Source of the DNA: Euprymna scolopes
Lineage: Eukaryota
NCBI GenBank assembly: GCA_053919585.1
Contig: CM132824.1
Length of the DNA: 64,000 nt
Strand: one strand, 5' to 3'
A program made the position numbers and the translations under genes. Shown one piece after another: positions 23,800 through 35,845 of the stretch. The notes beneath the pieces were generated by a model, which was not told where the DNA came from, did not search any database, and worked only from the letters and a program-made list of their open reading frames with translations. Every line of letters starts with the position of its first letter. Position 1 is the stretch's first letter.

Positions 23800-25317
23800 A
23801 TGTTTAGCTTTCCTTTTTGTATTTTCTTGGCAATTTGCAGTCTTTATTGCCAACAGCAAGTGCATGCGGCCAAAATCTTAGCCATCGCAATGCCACCTCA
23901 TAGTCATGTGGCCGAATCGAATGCAGTGGCTGTAGAATTGATGAAACGTGGTCACCAGGTCAAATTCTACTTGCCTGATGACCTGGATACCAGCAAATGT
24001 GCTCCAGACATCCCAAGTATAAGATATGGACAAAATACAATGTACCATGCAATAAAAATACTGGACAAGATCATGGAGTTAGCTTCGGAGGGAAGAAATT
24101 CACGTTTTCGTTTCATGCAAGCTGCAAGGAAGGCAGTTTGTACTCAATTGGTTAACGACACGACTGGCCTTAGTAAATTACGACAGGAAAACTTTGACTT
24201 TGCAATTGTTGATTATCTTTATTTTATAAAATGCTACTTGCTAATTCCATATAATTTATCGATTCCTTTTGCTGGTATCAGTTCAGTCATTATGCCATTG
24301 GACGATGGTCAGCCAATATCTACATCAGTGAGTCCGTCTGTCATGACACTATATACACCTAACATGGCTTACCATGAACGTGTGATCAACACTGTAACTC
24401 ACATTATGACCAATATTGCCACGTATTATTTCTTAGAGGCTTATGATTATTCTAAAATTGCACCAGGACTCAGCTGGAGAGAACTACAGGAACTTTCAAA
24501 AAAAGCTGAGATATATCTGGAAAATTCTGACGTAGTTCTTGGCTATCCTAAACTATTAATGCAAAATCTAATCCAAGTTGGTGGACTTACAGTAAAACCT
24601 CCAAAACCTTTACCAAAAAATATTCAGAAATTCTTTGACGAAGCAAAACATGGAGTCATCATCGTGTCATTTGGATCAACATTTAAGTTCAACGATAATT
24701 TGAAAAATATTTTTATGTCTGTATTTCAAAAACTGAAACAGAAAATTTTCTGGAAAGCTGACGAAGAAAAAGAAATAGGAAATGTTTTAATGACAAAATG
24801 GTTACCCCAAAACGATGCATTGGCCCACCCAAACACAAAACTCATAATTTATCATTGTGGTAATAATGGAATGTTCGAGAGTCTCTACCACGGCGTACCT
24901 TTAATTTGTGTCCCACAAGAAGTTGACCAGTTCACGAATTCACGTAAATTGGAATATTTAAAAATTGGTCGATTTTTCGACATTGCAGATCTGACCGAAG
25001 AATTACTACAAGAATGCATACTTGATGTCCTTGGTGACCCTAAATACACATCAAATATCAAACACTTATCAGAAATCTATCAAAGTCGACCAGAAACAGC
25101 AGCTGAACGAGCTGCATCGGCCATTGAACACGTGATCAAATATGGCGGAAAACATCTTCGCCTTGATCAAGTCGATTTGTCAACTTTTCAATTGTTGGCT
25201 GTTGACGTTTGGTTTACTATTTTTGTATTACTGATTGTTTTTATGAAAATTATTATTTTTATTTTTGTTTTTTGCAAACGTTTTGTGCAGTCGAAAATAA
25301 AAATTAAGCAAAATTAA
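23800..25317 (+). CDS. UDP-glycosyltransferase (UGT/GT1 family), 505 aa, single coding exon
   Basis: Signal peptide MFSFPFCIFLAICSL, catalytic His (PPHSH) and Asp (FDFAIVD), signature WLPQNDALAHPNTKLIIYHCGNNGMFESLYHGVPLICVPQEVDQ (24799-24930), C-terminal TM helix and KxKxx ER-retrieval tail (KIKQN). Acceptor tttctttttcAG at 23785-86; AATAAA at 25335 and 25355. Confidence 0.97.
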   Translation: MFSFPFCIFLAICSLYCQQQVHAAKILAIAMPPHSHVAESNAVAVELMKRGHQVKFYLPDDLDTSKCAPDIPSIRYGQNTMYHAIKILDKIMELASEGRNSRFRFMQAARKAVCTQLVNDTTGLSKLRQENFDFAIVDYLYFIKCYLLIPYNLSIPFAGISSVIMPLDDGQPISTSVSPSVMTLYTPNMAYHERVINTVTHIMTNIATYYFLEAYDYSKIAPGLSWRELQELSKKAEIYLENSDVVLGYPKLLMQNLIQVGGLTVKPPKPLPKNIQKFFDEAKHGVIIVSFGSTFKFNDNLKNIFMSVFQKLKQKIFWKADEEKEIGNVLMTKWLPQNDALAHPNTKLIIYHCGNNGMFESLYHGVPLICVPQEVDQFTNSRKLEYLKIGRFFDIADLTEELLQECILDVLGDPKYTSNIKHLSEIYQSRPETAAERAASAIEHVIKYGGKHLRLDQVDLSTFQLLAVDVWFTIFVLLIVFMKIIIFIFVFCKRFVQSKIKIKQN

Positions 25318-25879
25318 ATGAATTTATGTTCATTAATAAAATTCTTAATTGAAAAATAAAGAAAACCATTTGTCTAGTTTTTGTTTTATACGTTTTTATT
25401 CATCGTTTCATTTATTTACTAAGATTATTTTTCATCTCGATTCATAATTTGTAACGAAAAGAAATGAGAAAATGATTAAATTTAAAAAAATATCAAAAGT
25501 TCAAAATACAATTTTCGCCTGTTTTCTCTTCTTTTGTTCACCTCAACCAAAGCATATTTTGGTTGAAACAGAATAACAATATAGGATGTATCCGAAGTTG
25601 TTAAGCAGAATTACACATGAGAAACGGGAAGCAGTGAGGTATTGAGGGAGAAATTTTTAGTATCTAAAGGCTAATACAATTATTTTTGCTTCTAATCGGT
25701 TTGGTCAGAGAATGCTGTAAGTTTGTCAAAGCACATTCTGTAAGACAACTAATATTATATTGATGTGGCATGGGCTGGATCTTAGTAGACAGTACGAGTC
25801 CTATTGATTTAAAGACTCTTTTTTTTCACCTTGTCTGGAGAGTTAGTGAACCATTCACTTCAGATGTGGCAACCGTACT

Positions 25880-28800
25880 CCATGGATAGATTTTTTTTTA
25901 TGGAAAACACTCAATACAAGGCATGAAGCCATTTGATGTAAGAGACTTTGTTAGCTCTTTACATCAATGAAAGCTGATTATTGCAAAGACACGAGATGGA
26001 AGGAAAATAATGAGCAGGAAGAGTTTCACAACCTTGCAGTCCTTGGAAAGAAGCTATTGGAATAGGAAACTGCATTACAATAAGGTATTGAAAACAATGA
26101 CTTGATGGAGACTGCTGGACCAATGAGTCAAACAAGCTGGAACAAAGGAAGCAAGGAATAGATCAGACAATTCTAAGCAACATATGCCATAATAGTATCT
26201 GTAGAAAAGACTGAGACTAGCAACATTACGTCTGTGAGAGAGAGGTTGCAATAAAGAAGAAACTGTGGGCCAATCAAATTGCAAATACGTTTCTACAATT
26301 TATCAAGAACAAACAGGACAGAGATTCACCATCCCAAATATGACAACCATACTCCACACATGGTTTGATATTAGATTTGTAGAGATAGAAAATAGCTTTT
26401 GGTGTGAGAAAGTGTTTAGAGCGATAGAGAGAACCGATTTTATATGAAGCAGAAAGAGCAATGGGTTCAGTTTTAGAGTTAATTTCTTATCAAAAGTAAA
26501 GCTACCCATTAGAATCTCATGATGAAAATGGACACGCCTGTGGCTGAAGAACAATAGCTGAATCTTAACAGGATTAAATGAAACAAACAATTTCCTACAT
26601 CAATCCATAATTGAATCCAAATCTACTTCTAAATCAACTGCATATTTCAAATGATCTGAGAAAAATGGACGAGTAGCAACACCAGAATAGGTGGTGACAT
26701 CAGCATCAATATATTAATATATTAATATACTAATATACTAATACCGTAATACCTTTAACGTTTAATATGTGTCACGGTTTCCAGATTATAAATTATTTGA
26801 TTAGGCGATTCTATTAATTAAAAAGGAGGATAGAAGGTCATAGCATACTACGGACATGAAATTATGATATAGATACGTTACTTGAATGTCCGTAGTATGT
26901 TATCACCTTCTATCCTTTTTAAGCAACCGATCACGGAAGAAGCAATCTAAAAAAAAAAATGATGTTGCTTTATGAGCTGTACATGAAACTAAAATATATC
27001 TTCTTGGTCTTCTGGCTAGGATCTAAGGGTAGTATCTGTTCTGTCTAAAGAGTGTATAATGATATCGTGGGGTTTCTGTTCGCATCGGGTGTTCATTCAA
27101 TGGAAATATGTCACAGACTCTTATAAGGATATTGGAGATAAACCATAAAAACAAGATATATTCTAACACTACATTAACCGGATTACTTAGATAAATACTT
27201 TTATAGTTTAAAAAAAGGGTTACAATAATATTATGGGGTCTCTATTCAGGCTGGAAGTCCACAGAATGCTCAACATCGATATATTACATATGAAAGATGC
27301 TACTGTGGAATTTCCACAGGTCTTGCCAGTAAATGTTAATTTTCTGAATAATATTCTCTGGAAGGTTATTTATGTAGAGAAGAAACAGTGTTGGATCAAG
27401 AATAGAGCCCTGAGGAACACCGGCATTGATAGAAAAGAAAATGAAGATAGTCCAAAAGTTATTCGCGAGCTTGAATCAGAAATAAAATATCTAACAATGT
27501 TAAGAACTTTACAACAATACGATAACCTCCAAGTTTATGTGAAAGACTAGGATGCCACACTCTGTCAAATGCCTTTAAAATGTCAAGCGCAATGACCCTA
27601 CCCTCGCCTGAATTATCCATAAACTGACAGATCTGTTCAGTTACAACAGTTTATAGATCAGCTGTTAAATGAAAACCATGAAAGCCATACTGAACTAAAG
27701 AAGCACAGACTTTCCAGAAAATGAACAAGCCTGCTGTGGATCAATCTCTCAAAAACTTTACCAATAATATGGCAATATCTAGTTGGACTAAATTGATCAC
27801 CAGCACTTTTAAATATAGGGGCAATAGAGGACTCCTTCCAACAAGAAGGGAAACAGGACTGATACAAGCAGATTGAATACTTTCGAGAGGCTAGAAGAAA
27901 GTTCAGGTTTATAACGTTTTAAAACAACAAACAACAGGAATCAAATCAAGACTCGAAGCCTTAGATTGGGCAAGATCAGCAAGAATTCTAACAACCATCT
28001 TTGGAATGATAAGTACAAAATCAAGAGTTTGATCAGTCTTCAAAGGAAAATCTGGAAGAACAATACCAGAATCATCAGTAGAAGAATTGCCAACAAAAAG
28101 ATCAAATGACCTGAAGACCACTAAAAAGAGGAGAAACAGACTTGCCACTATTAATAACACTATTATAGATTCTCAAAAAATCGTGAGAGCAAACCATTTG
28201 AGATGAGATATTCATGAATCCTTTAAAAGTAGCTAGACAGCTTCAGAAATTGCTCTCTTGCTGGCATTGTAAGCTCTTCTGTAGGATTGTCTAGAAGCCT
28301 CAAACAATCCTGATGAAAGTAATAATTATAATGGCAGAAACACAAACAGTGAGGAGAAGAAGGTTTGGTTTGAAACTGACAATGCATTATCAATACTGTT
28401 GGATATCGCATCAACAACAGAACAATCGCTGTCAGGAGGAGAACGTTATAAAAAGACCAAATAGGAAGTGGGGTGCAGACAACCTCAAATAGATAAAGGA
28501 CATGAGATTCAACACTGAGACAAGAGGCAAATCACCCTCCACATGTAGATCATTGCTATCGATAGAAGAATCTAAATTTGTCTCACAAAGAACAAGAATA
28601 TGAGGATATTTGTGCAAAAAAAAAAAAAGAACTGAACATCAGGAAAGTTTGACCTGAGACCTCTGATATTACCATAAGAAATAGTAATTGTGGTGTGAAA
28701 CTGTAGAAGACACGATAAAATAAATAAATAAAAAGGAGATAAAAGTCGAATCACTTCCATAAAAAATAAATAAAGTCTGAAAGACACCCCACTACTAACA
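25880..28800 (-). mobile_element. Near full-length but heavily decayed CR1-group (Zenon-like) LINE, interrupted at about 26707-27328
   Basis: YGNIRGLRSNF, LCETNLDSSI, SCFPSCWK, LQPLSHRRNVASLSLFYRYY fragments in order. Confidence 0.9.
26998..27042 (+). pseudogene. U2 snRNA 5' fragment
   Basis: atcttcttggtcttctggctaggatctaagggtagtatctgttct aligns to U2 ATCGCTTCTCGGCCTTTTGGCTAAGATCAAGTGTAGTATCTGTTCT, including the branch-point pairing GTAGTA. Confidence 0.8.
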
Positions 28801-30329
28801 TTCAATACCCTGGATTTCAAACAGGCTAACTAAAACAATAAGCCCTTTAAGAGACCAATAGTGAAAGAAAGGCGTTACTAGGCTGGCTGACAAAAAGTTT
28901 GCCCCTAAACTCGCTATGAGGTTAACCGGAAACTGGTGTTTTTATCGGGACACTATCACTCTCCAATAAAGGCTAAAGATGGCCTTGTCCCCAACAGACA
29001 AAATACCTGAGTGACATTTCAGAAGATTCCGTGTCAAAAACGACCAAGAAATATATAATTCAGTGGGAAAGGGCCATAGAAAAAAAAAAAAAGAAAACTC
29101 ATGATTAATCATGCTTGTAGATACTGGCAAGTGTGAGTTTTCTAGCCTGGTAGAGGGAATCCAACTTTTATTAGATCTTCTATATATTTATTCAAATGCA
29201 TAATTCCTGTAAATGATAGACCGTGAAGGGCACTAAAAGCTATGGCAATCAGTGATTGGAAAAGTTTCTTAAAAAGGTTAAAGAAGCTTTATCTAGATAA
29301 TATAGGGTGCGAACATCAGACTGACAGTTATTTTCTAAGTATTCAAACATTGTTATGGATATATGCACATTTGACTTGCTCTCCTTCTGGGAATAAAGCA
29401 TAGTGTCATAAAAAAATGTTCATTTCAGACGCGATTTTAACAGGGAGGTCGTTTATGATGACCAAGAATAATAAAGGTCCACATGCTGACTCCTAGAACA
29501 TATTAATGCTGTGTTTGGTTGTGCGGCTCTGGATGTTGCTTTTAGCTAAGAAAGATCTTTTATTAAATATTCATCTAGTAATGCCCAACAAATTATTTTT
29601 TTTTTCTGAAAAAAACCTTCATGTCAGATTTTATCAAAAGTCTTTAATATATCAATTACTTATTCAACATATGGTATGTGCGTCATAGGTACCTGCAGCA
29701 GAACAAGATTGCCTCAATCCTTACTGTTGATATGATTACAGATGTACTGTAAGAAATTTCTTACTTGCACACTCAATTTCCTCCCTGCAGATGCAAATGA
29801 ATTCCACAAACAAAAGCCATACCTTTAAACTCCAACTTTATTCACAAGTAACAGCAATGAAAGTTCTTTGGTTCTAGTAAGTCCTTCGCAAAACGGTGGC
29901 TTGATTTGCCCGCATACGCATGGAGCCTTTAGTATGGATTCCTATTGTTGAAATGTTAGTTCTTTGTCCCTTTGGAGAACACGGCGGAATGATGGCGCCT
30001 ATAATCAGGCATAATGTGAGCCCCTTGGGACTCAAGAAGAAATAAGACCCAATATTTGGATAATAACATGACGAACAGTTTCTTGAATGCCGTCCTGGAT
30101 CTGAATAGGTTAAGCAAAATAAGTTGTCTCTGCTTATAGAGATATGTCCTTCGTTCACTGACTGTTTGGTGTCCATGAAAGAATTGTCTTGGCTCCCTAG
30201 AGAGAGAACCGCTGTGAGTCTATCCCGTTCCGTGTTTTTTTTTTAAACTGAAAAATAAATGCATGAATACAAAAAAGGCACCAAGTCAAATCACCTGACA
30301 CATTAAAATTTAAACCAATCACAGATCGG

Positions 30330-30900
30330 CTACTAGAGTTGTATGGCCGGCCTAAAAGAAAGATGGCGATTGTATGTGGAATTTCTCACAGTACTACCAC
30401 TAGATCGATTAATAATGCAATAATTTTGAGAGGCAATTCGTTGAATAGAGTTCTTTAAAAACCATACCACAGGCGTATTTTTCCAGCCACCAGGGAAGCA
30501 AGATTTGTCAAGGCATTTTATATACAGTTTGGAGAGTATGGTAGGTGGGTGGTCAGTAGAGCGTTTCTTTAGTAAGCTAGCAGGGATAAGATCTGTTTCA
30601 CATGCTCTAGAGGTGTCAAAGGTTGTTATAATATCCAAGACATGGGAAGGCCTGATGATCAGATTGTGTGGTTTCGATCCTTAGTGGGGAATTATGGAGG
30701 AAGTTATTTATGGAGCTTAAGACGAACAGCTGGGACAGGCAACATCATTATGATTGGATAGTGAGGGATTGTTGATTGCCCATTGTTTTCAACATTATTA
30801 TAGATATTCCAGAAATCATGAGTTCCTAATTTCTGCAACCCAACCCATCTTCCAGTAAACTCATCATACTTACTCTTATCAGTAACTAGAACACTCTTAC
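30330..30900 (-). mobile_element. Decayed CR1-group (Zenon-like) LINE fragment
   Basis: DTSRACETDLIPASLLKK...LSKLYIKCLDKSCFP matches the 970 aa ORF; gatttccag...gttcctaat region matches LGTRDFWKIY. Confidence 0.85.
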
Positions 30901-31299
30901 TACTTTGTTTTTTGATGCTGTAAATGTTTGTCTATTTGAAGCTGACTTATGGCAGTTGACTTGTTTGATATTTATACAAAATAAAAGCTGCGCAGGTCGA
31001 GTAGTGCTTACTCTGAAATTTTTGCATCAAACCAAATGCATTGGCAGTGACAAATTCAGTTACCTCTTTTTGTGTATTTTTCATCAGGGAGGGAAGGTTT
31101 TACTCCAAGGTACATCTCTTGTAAAATTTTCAAGCAGCACCTTAGTAATATCTTGTTGCTTTAAGTAACAGCACTTTAGTTTGGATCGTTTTTATACTTT
31201 ATAATGAGTCACCGCTTACCAAGGCCAAAGGCCACTCGAGTATATGGGTTAATTATATTGTCAGTAGGTCGAAGATTGGATATTTATGAATTGCAGAAA

Positions 31300-33600
31300 A
31301 AAATTCTTATTGTTTGTCTGCTTTATGTTCTGTGTGGTGGGTCGGCCATCTTCACGCCTTTTAATGCTGACAAAGTAAGGGAGATAACTTATCTCGATTT
31401 TATTTTGTAACAATTTCAAACATTTTTTTTTTTCCAAAAACAGCAAAAACAACAACAAAAATAATGATTGTCAAACTTTTTATTTACAAAAACAAATATG
31501 TTGTTGAGTGCATTTTTAATCGTATTATTTGAATTCATCGGACTACTGTTCTCATCTTGAGTGTGATTTTCACAACATTTCTGTCGATGTAATCTCTGAT
31601 CTTCTTCAGGTGTATTTTGTTGAACTCGGTAATGTTTTCATTAAGATTTTTTTTTTTAATTCAATTTATAACATTATATAATAAATTCTTAATGCTGCAA
31701 TATTTTAAGTTATAAATTTATTATATTTTTTACTAGAATATCTTGTCCTTTTATTTTCCAATTTAACAACTAGTTCTTTACTTTTCCATGTTTAAGCTTA
31801 ACCGTATTACTTTTCATGCTCGCATTTTTCTATTGTAATTCTAAATAAATTCTATATTTAAATATAAAAAATATATTATTGCAATGTTTTGTCTTCTATA
31901 CAATTCTGCATATTGGTAGTTCATTTGTTTAATAATTGACAGACTTCATCCGGATAATTATGAATTTCTTTAGTAAACAGTAGGTACATGCTTTAATCAG
32001 TATTTCTTAAGATACTAATTGAAAAAAAATGTATGTACATGACATTTGAATAAATAAATTATAAATTATAAAAAAAAATCCTTGAAAGATAAATATTAGT
32101 TTTCTATAATAATTGAAAAGATCATTAGTAAATTAAACTTCTTGAGTCTAATTTACTAATTCTTTTTGAAATTATTACAGAAAACTAATATTTATCTTTC
32201 AAGGATTTTTTAAAAATAATTTATTCAAATTTAGTTTTTCTTTTCGAGATAGGTTTTCAATTATAATTTTATTTTCGTGTATAAAAATACATTTACTTTG
32301 ACTTTAGGCTATTATCTTTCAAACACATTAAATGGAAACTAATAACAAAATATTGATAAGCTACTTTTTATAGCCATACAACTCAAGAATCTGTATGTCA
32401 GGAATCTGCATTTAATTTCAAACGGAACTCTTCATTTAATCCACGGAGTAGCATATTCTCGTCCCGTCAGCAAGGTAAAAAGTCCTAAGTAATTCCCAAT
32501 TGTCTTCTGAGTGTCACCCGCACAGAATCTTGAACTTCAACCTTCAGAAGAGTGTCACTGTAGAGAAACGTGCGACTTATCTAATTAGCACGTGTGCATA
32601 ATTCAACGGGTCGGTCGTGGAATGAAATGAATGAAGAAGGAAGAAACAAAAATGGCTGCCTTATCTCTTTATATGCCTGCAATGTGACCACCCGATATGC
32701 AAATGAGATGCTCCTGGTTGGAGATAAAAGAGGGTTGATTTTTTAGAGGGTCGTTCATTTTGAAGTTGGATTTTGAAGAAATAAGTTGAATTAGCAGATG
32801 TACGTTGGGAGTTGAGAGAAGGTGCGTTATGTGTACAGAAGTTGGAAGTTTGGACAAAAGTGTTAACCTTACCCAGGAAATTATTGGTGTGACGGGCGGA
32901 AAAAATAAAACTCAAGTTATTGAATTATAGTCCCCTACAATTGAATTGTACAAGTACTTTATCCATTACGCCACAATTCCGTGGTGTAAAGGATAAAATA
33001 TGATACTCAATGCGATTTTTTTAGAACTACTACAAAGTCATGGTTCATGGAACGGAGGCGTGCTATCATAGTGGATCAAATAAAGGGTCCTATTCGAAAT
33101 TGCATGCAGATTACCGAATTACACAGAAAGATTCCCGAGTTCGGCCAGATACACCTGAAAAGGTGGAGGTTATACTGTATGAAACATTGTAAAAATAACA
33201 CTCAAGATGAGACCAGTAGTCCGAGTAATCCAAATAATACAGACGATGACAATATTTGGCCCTTTTTCTCGCCGCCTTCACATCAATTCGACCATGCATC
33301 TCCTGTTAGATTCCTAACAATTTCCGTATTCCTCTTTCCGTGGGATCACAAATCGTCTTTTAAAATTGCAAAAGTTAATTAGTATTTTGCGGATTATTAA
33401 GACATTTAAATCTCAATGTAAAAATTGACATAAGTTCTTTCCATTACTTTGTCAACATTTAAAACGTGAACGAAAGAAGATCCGCATAAAAATTAGTAAA
33501 ATTGAATAAAAAAAAAAAAAACGCGTTTAAAGCAGTTAAATGGTTTTGTATGAATATTCTTTCGAGTTACTCCCCTTTGTAGACAAACAATTTTAAGAAT
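31300..33600. mobile_element. Putative TIR element with an internal palindrome and a decayed unrecognised ORF
   Basis: ttcacgccttttaatgctgacaaagtaagggagataacttat (about 31351-31392) is mirrored at about 33430-33470; attcttattgtttgtct is mirrored at about 33581-33600; palindrome at 32044-32230. Confidence 0.5.
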
Positions 33601-34061
33601 GTAAAGTTACTTCCCTTAGATCGCTCGAATATTCATATTTATTTATCACGTCACTTCGGAATTTTCGATTTTATTTTATAAATAATTTCGTTTCAATCTT
33701 TTGTGAATGTAATGAAACTTATCCATCCATCCACATCTATTGAATAAATTCTAAGAATGATGATAAAAAGTGAAGAGACGGTTGCAGAGGGCAGAAAGAA
33801 TGTGAAAGTGCCAATTGACTGTACAACTAACACGGTAGACACAAATACAAAAAAAAATAATAACAGCAATAACGAGGAAGAATGATAGACAGTAGAGACT
33901 GATGATTGTTTAAAGACGATGCATATCATGTTAGAGAAAGAATAGAAAAAAAAATAGTAAATTGTAGGTAATTTGGAGATCGTGTATTCAGGATCAGCCG
34001 GAACGAGACGGGATCAGTTATTGGAAACTGGTAGCTGGACATCAGTGGACCACTGGACGTC

Positions 34062-35128
34062 TAGGTGTATCAGAATTTTTGTAGGAATTTTTGACACCCC
34101 TAACACGAAACTGCGAATAAAATATAAAAAAAACTCGTAATTTCTCCTTTAAAAATGGGTTGTTTATTTTCTTTATGGATTATACTTCCAAAATAAACTA
34201 TTAAAGTTGTATAAAATGTAATAGAAATATTATTGTTTTACTTAAAAAAAAAACAGTTATGGAATTAATTGATTGTATCAGTTCAGTATTTTTCAATTTT
34301 TAAACTTTAAAAATCTATCAAAATTTTTCTATTGATTCTATTTTTACGATATTTTCAGGGTCGACGTGAAATTTTATGCTCTTTCCAATGGACCGAATAT
34401 AATATTTTAGACAAACGTTTTTTTTTTTATTCACGCCCCCCCCCCATTTTCAAATGTCTATTAAAAAGTAAATAATTAATTTACTCATCAAAGTTTTATA
34501 TATTACAAATTGAAGATAAAACATCAATAAATAATATATTCAAATTTAAAACAAAAAAAGTAGCGTTTTTTTAGAAATTTACCTTTAAAGTCCGAAGTTT
34601 AAAACCTTTTTTTTTTTTTTAACAAACCACGTTGTTTGTTTGTTTGCTTGTTTGTTTGGGTTTTTTTTTTAAGGAAACCTTGGTTCTTGCTCTTTTAATT
34701 GAAAAAAAAATTAGGGCTTGAATTACATTTTTCGAGGAGTTATAAGCTTGGAAAGACAGGGGATTGAATTAATTCACGCCTCCAATTTTGAAATGTCTAT
34801 TAAAAAGTAAATAATTAATTTACTCACCAAAGTGTTATATATCACAAATTGAAGATAAAACACCAATAAATAATATATTCAAATTTAAAACAAAAAAAGT
34901 AGTGTTTTTTTAGAAATTTACCTTTAAAGTCCGAAGTTTAAAACCTTTTTAAAAAAAAAACACGTTGTTTGTTTTGTTTTTTTTGGTTTTTTTTAATGAA
35001 ACCTTGGTCCTTTCTCCTTTAATTGAAAAGAAAATTAGGGCTTGAATTACATTTTTCGAGGAGTTATAAGTTTGGAAAGACAGGAGTGGAATTATTCAAT
35101 ATTTTTCACAAAATTTCTGACACACCTA
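34062..35128. mobile_element. Non-autonomous DNA transposon with TAG...CTA termini and 9 bp TSD (AcademH-like), copy 1
   Basis: TIR taggtgtatcagaa / ttctgacacaccta; flanks ctggacgtc / gtggacgtc (8/9); internal duplication of about 340 bp; homologous to 56329-57736. Confidence 0.85.
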
Positions 35129-35845
35129 GTGGACGTCAGTGGACATCAGTGGGCACTGGAACAAGGTGGCTGGACGTCAGTGGATTTTGGAACAGGCAAC
35201 TGGTCGTCAGTGGATGCTGGATTCTGGAAACTGGTAACTGGACGTCAGTGAACTCTGAAAACAGGAAACTGGTCGTCAGTAGGTACTGGAACAGATAGCT
35301 GGACGCCAGTAGGCCCTGGATACTAATAGCCGAACGTCAATAGATGTTGGAAGCCGCAGGAGATCGAAAGGTGCGGGAGACTGGAAGCTGCGGGAGGCGC
35401 TGGAGGGTGTAGGAGGCTGCAAAAGGCACTGGAAACTGTTAGTCCAGTCAATTTAATGCTAAAAATACCCCCCCCCATTCTAATATTTTATTTTTTTTAC
35501 AGTTTTATGTCAGATTGGTTCTACTATATATCATATTAAAAGTTGGACAAGATTCAAGCATTGGAAAGTTGTAAATTTTGAGGTTCAATATTTTCGACTT
35601 ATGATTCACTTTACGTTACATTTTAGAGCACTAACTCCGCCAAATTTCATGATGAATCAATAAATCTTGCATTTTAACCCCTGTTTTTAGGGTCAATCTT
35701 TCACATGAAATTGCAGTCAGTGATGTTGCTTCCCCCTTTATACCATATCTACGGTTACACCCCCATATGGAATGGTTGATTTTTGACCCGGTTCACATAG
35801 AGGCATATACTAATGCACTGTATGCATATATTTCCAGAGTAAAAC

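Noticed and set aside
23800-25317. Recent bacterial horizontal transfer or contamination as the origin of the intronless UGTs
   Set aside because: The signal peptide, C-terminal TM helix, KxKxx signal, splice acceptor and poly(A) signals are of the animal ER-UGT type.
29690-29750. Possible small minus-strand exon with AG/GT boundaries
   Set aside because: No recognisable protein similarity or partner exons; cannot be supported without transcripts.
35129-35439. GC-rich repeat as a low-complexity protein exon
   Set aside because: I found no sustained open frame or clear splice sites after removing the transposons.
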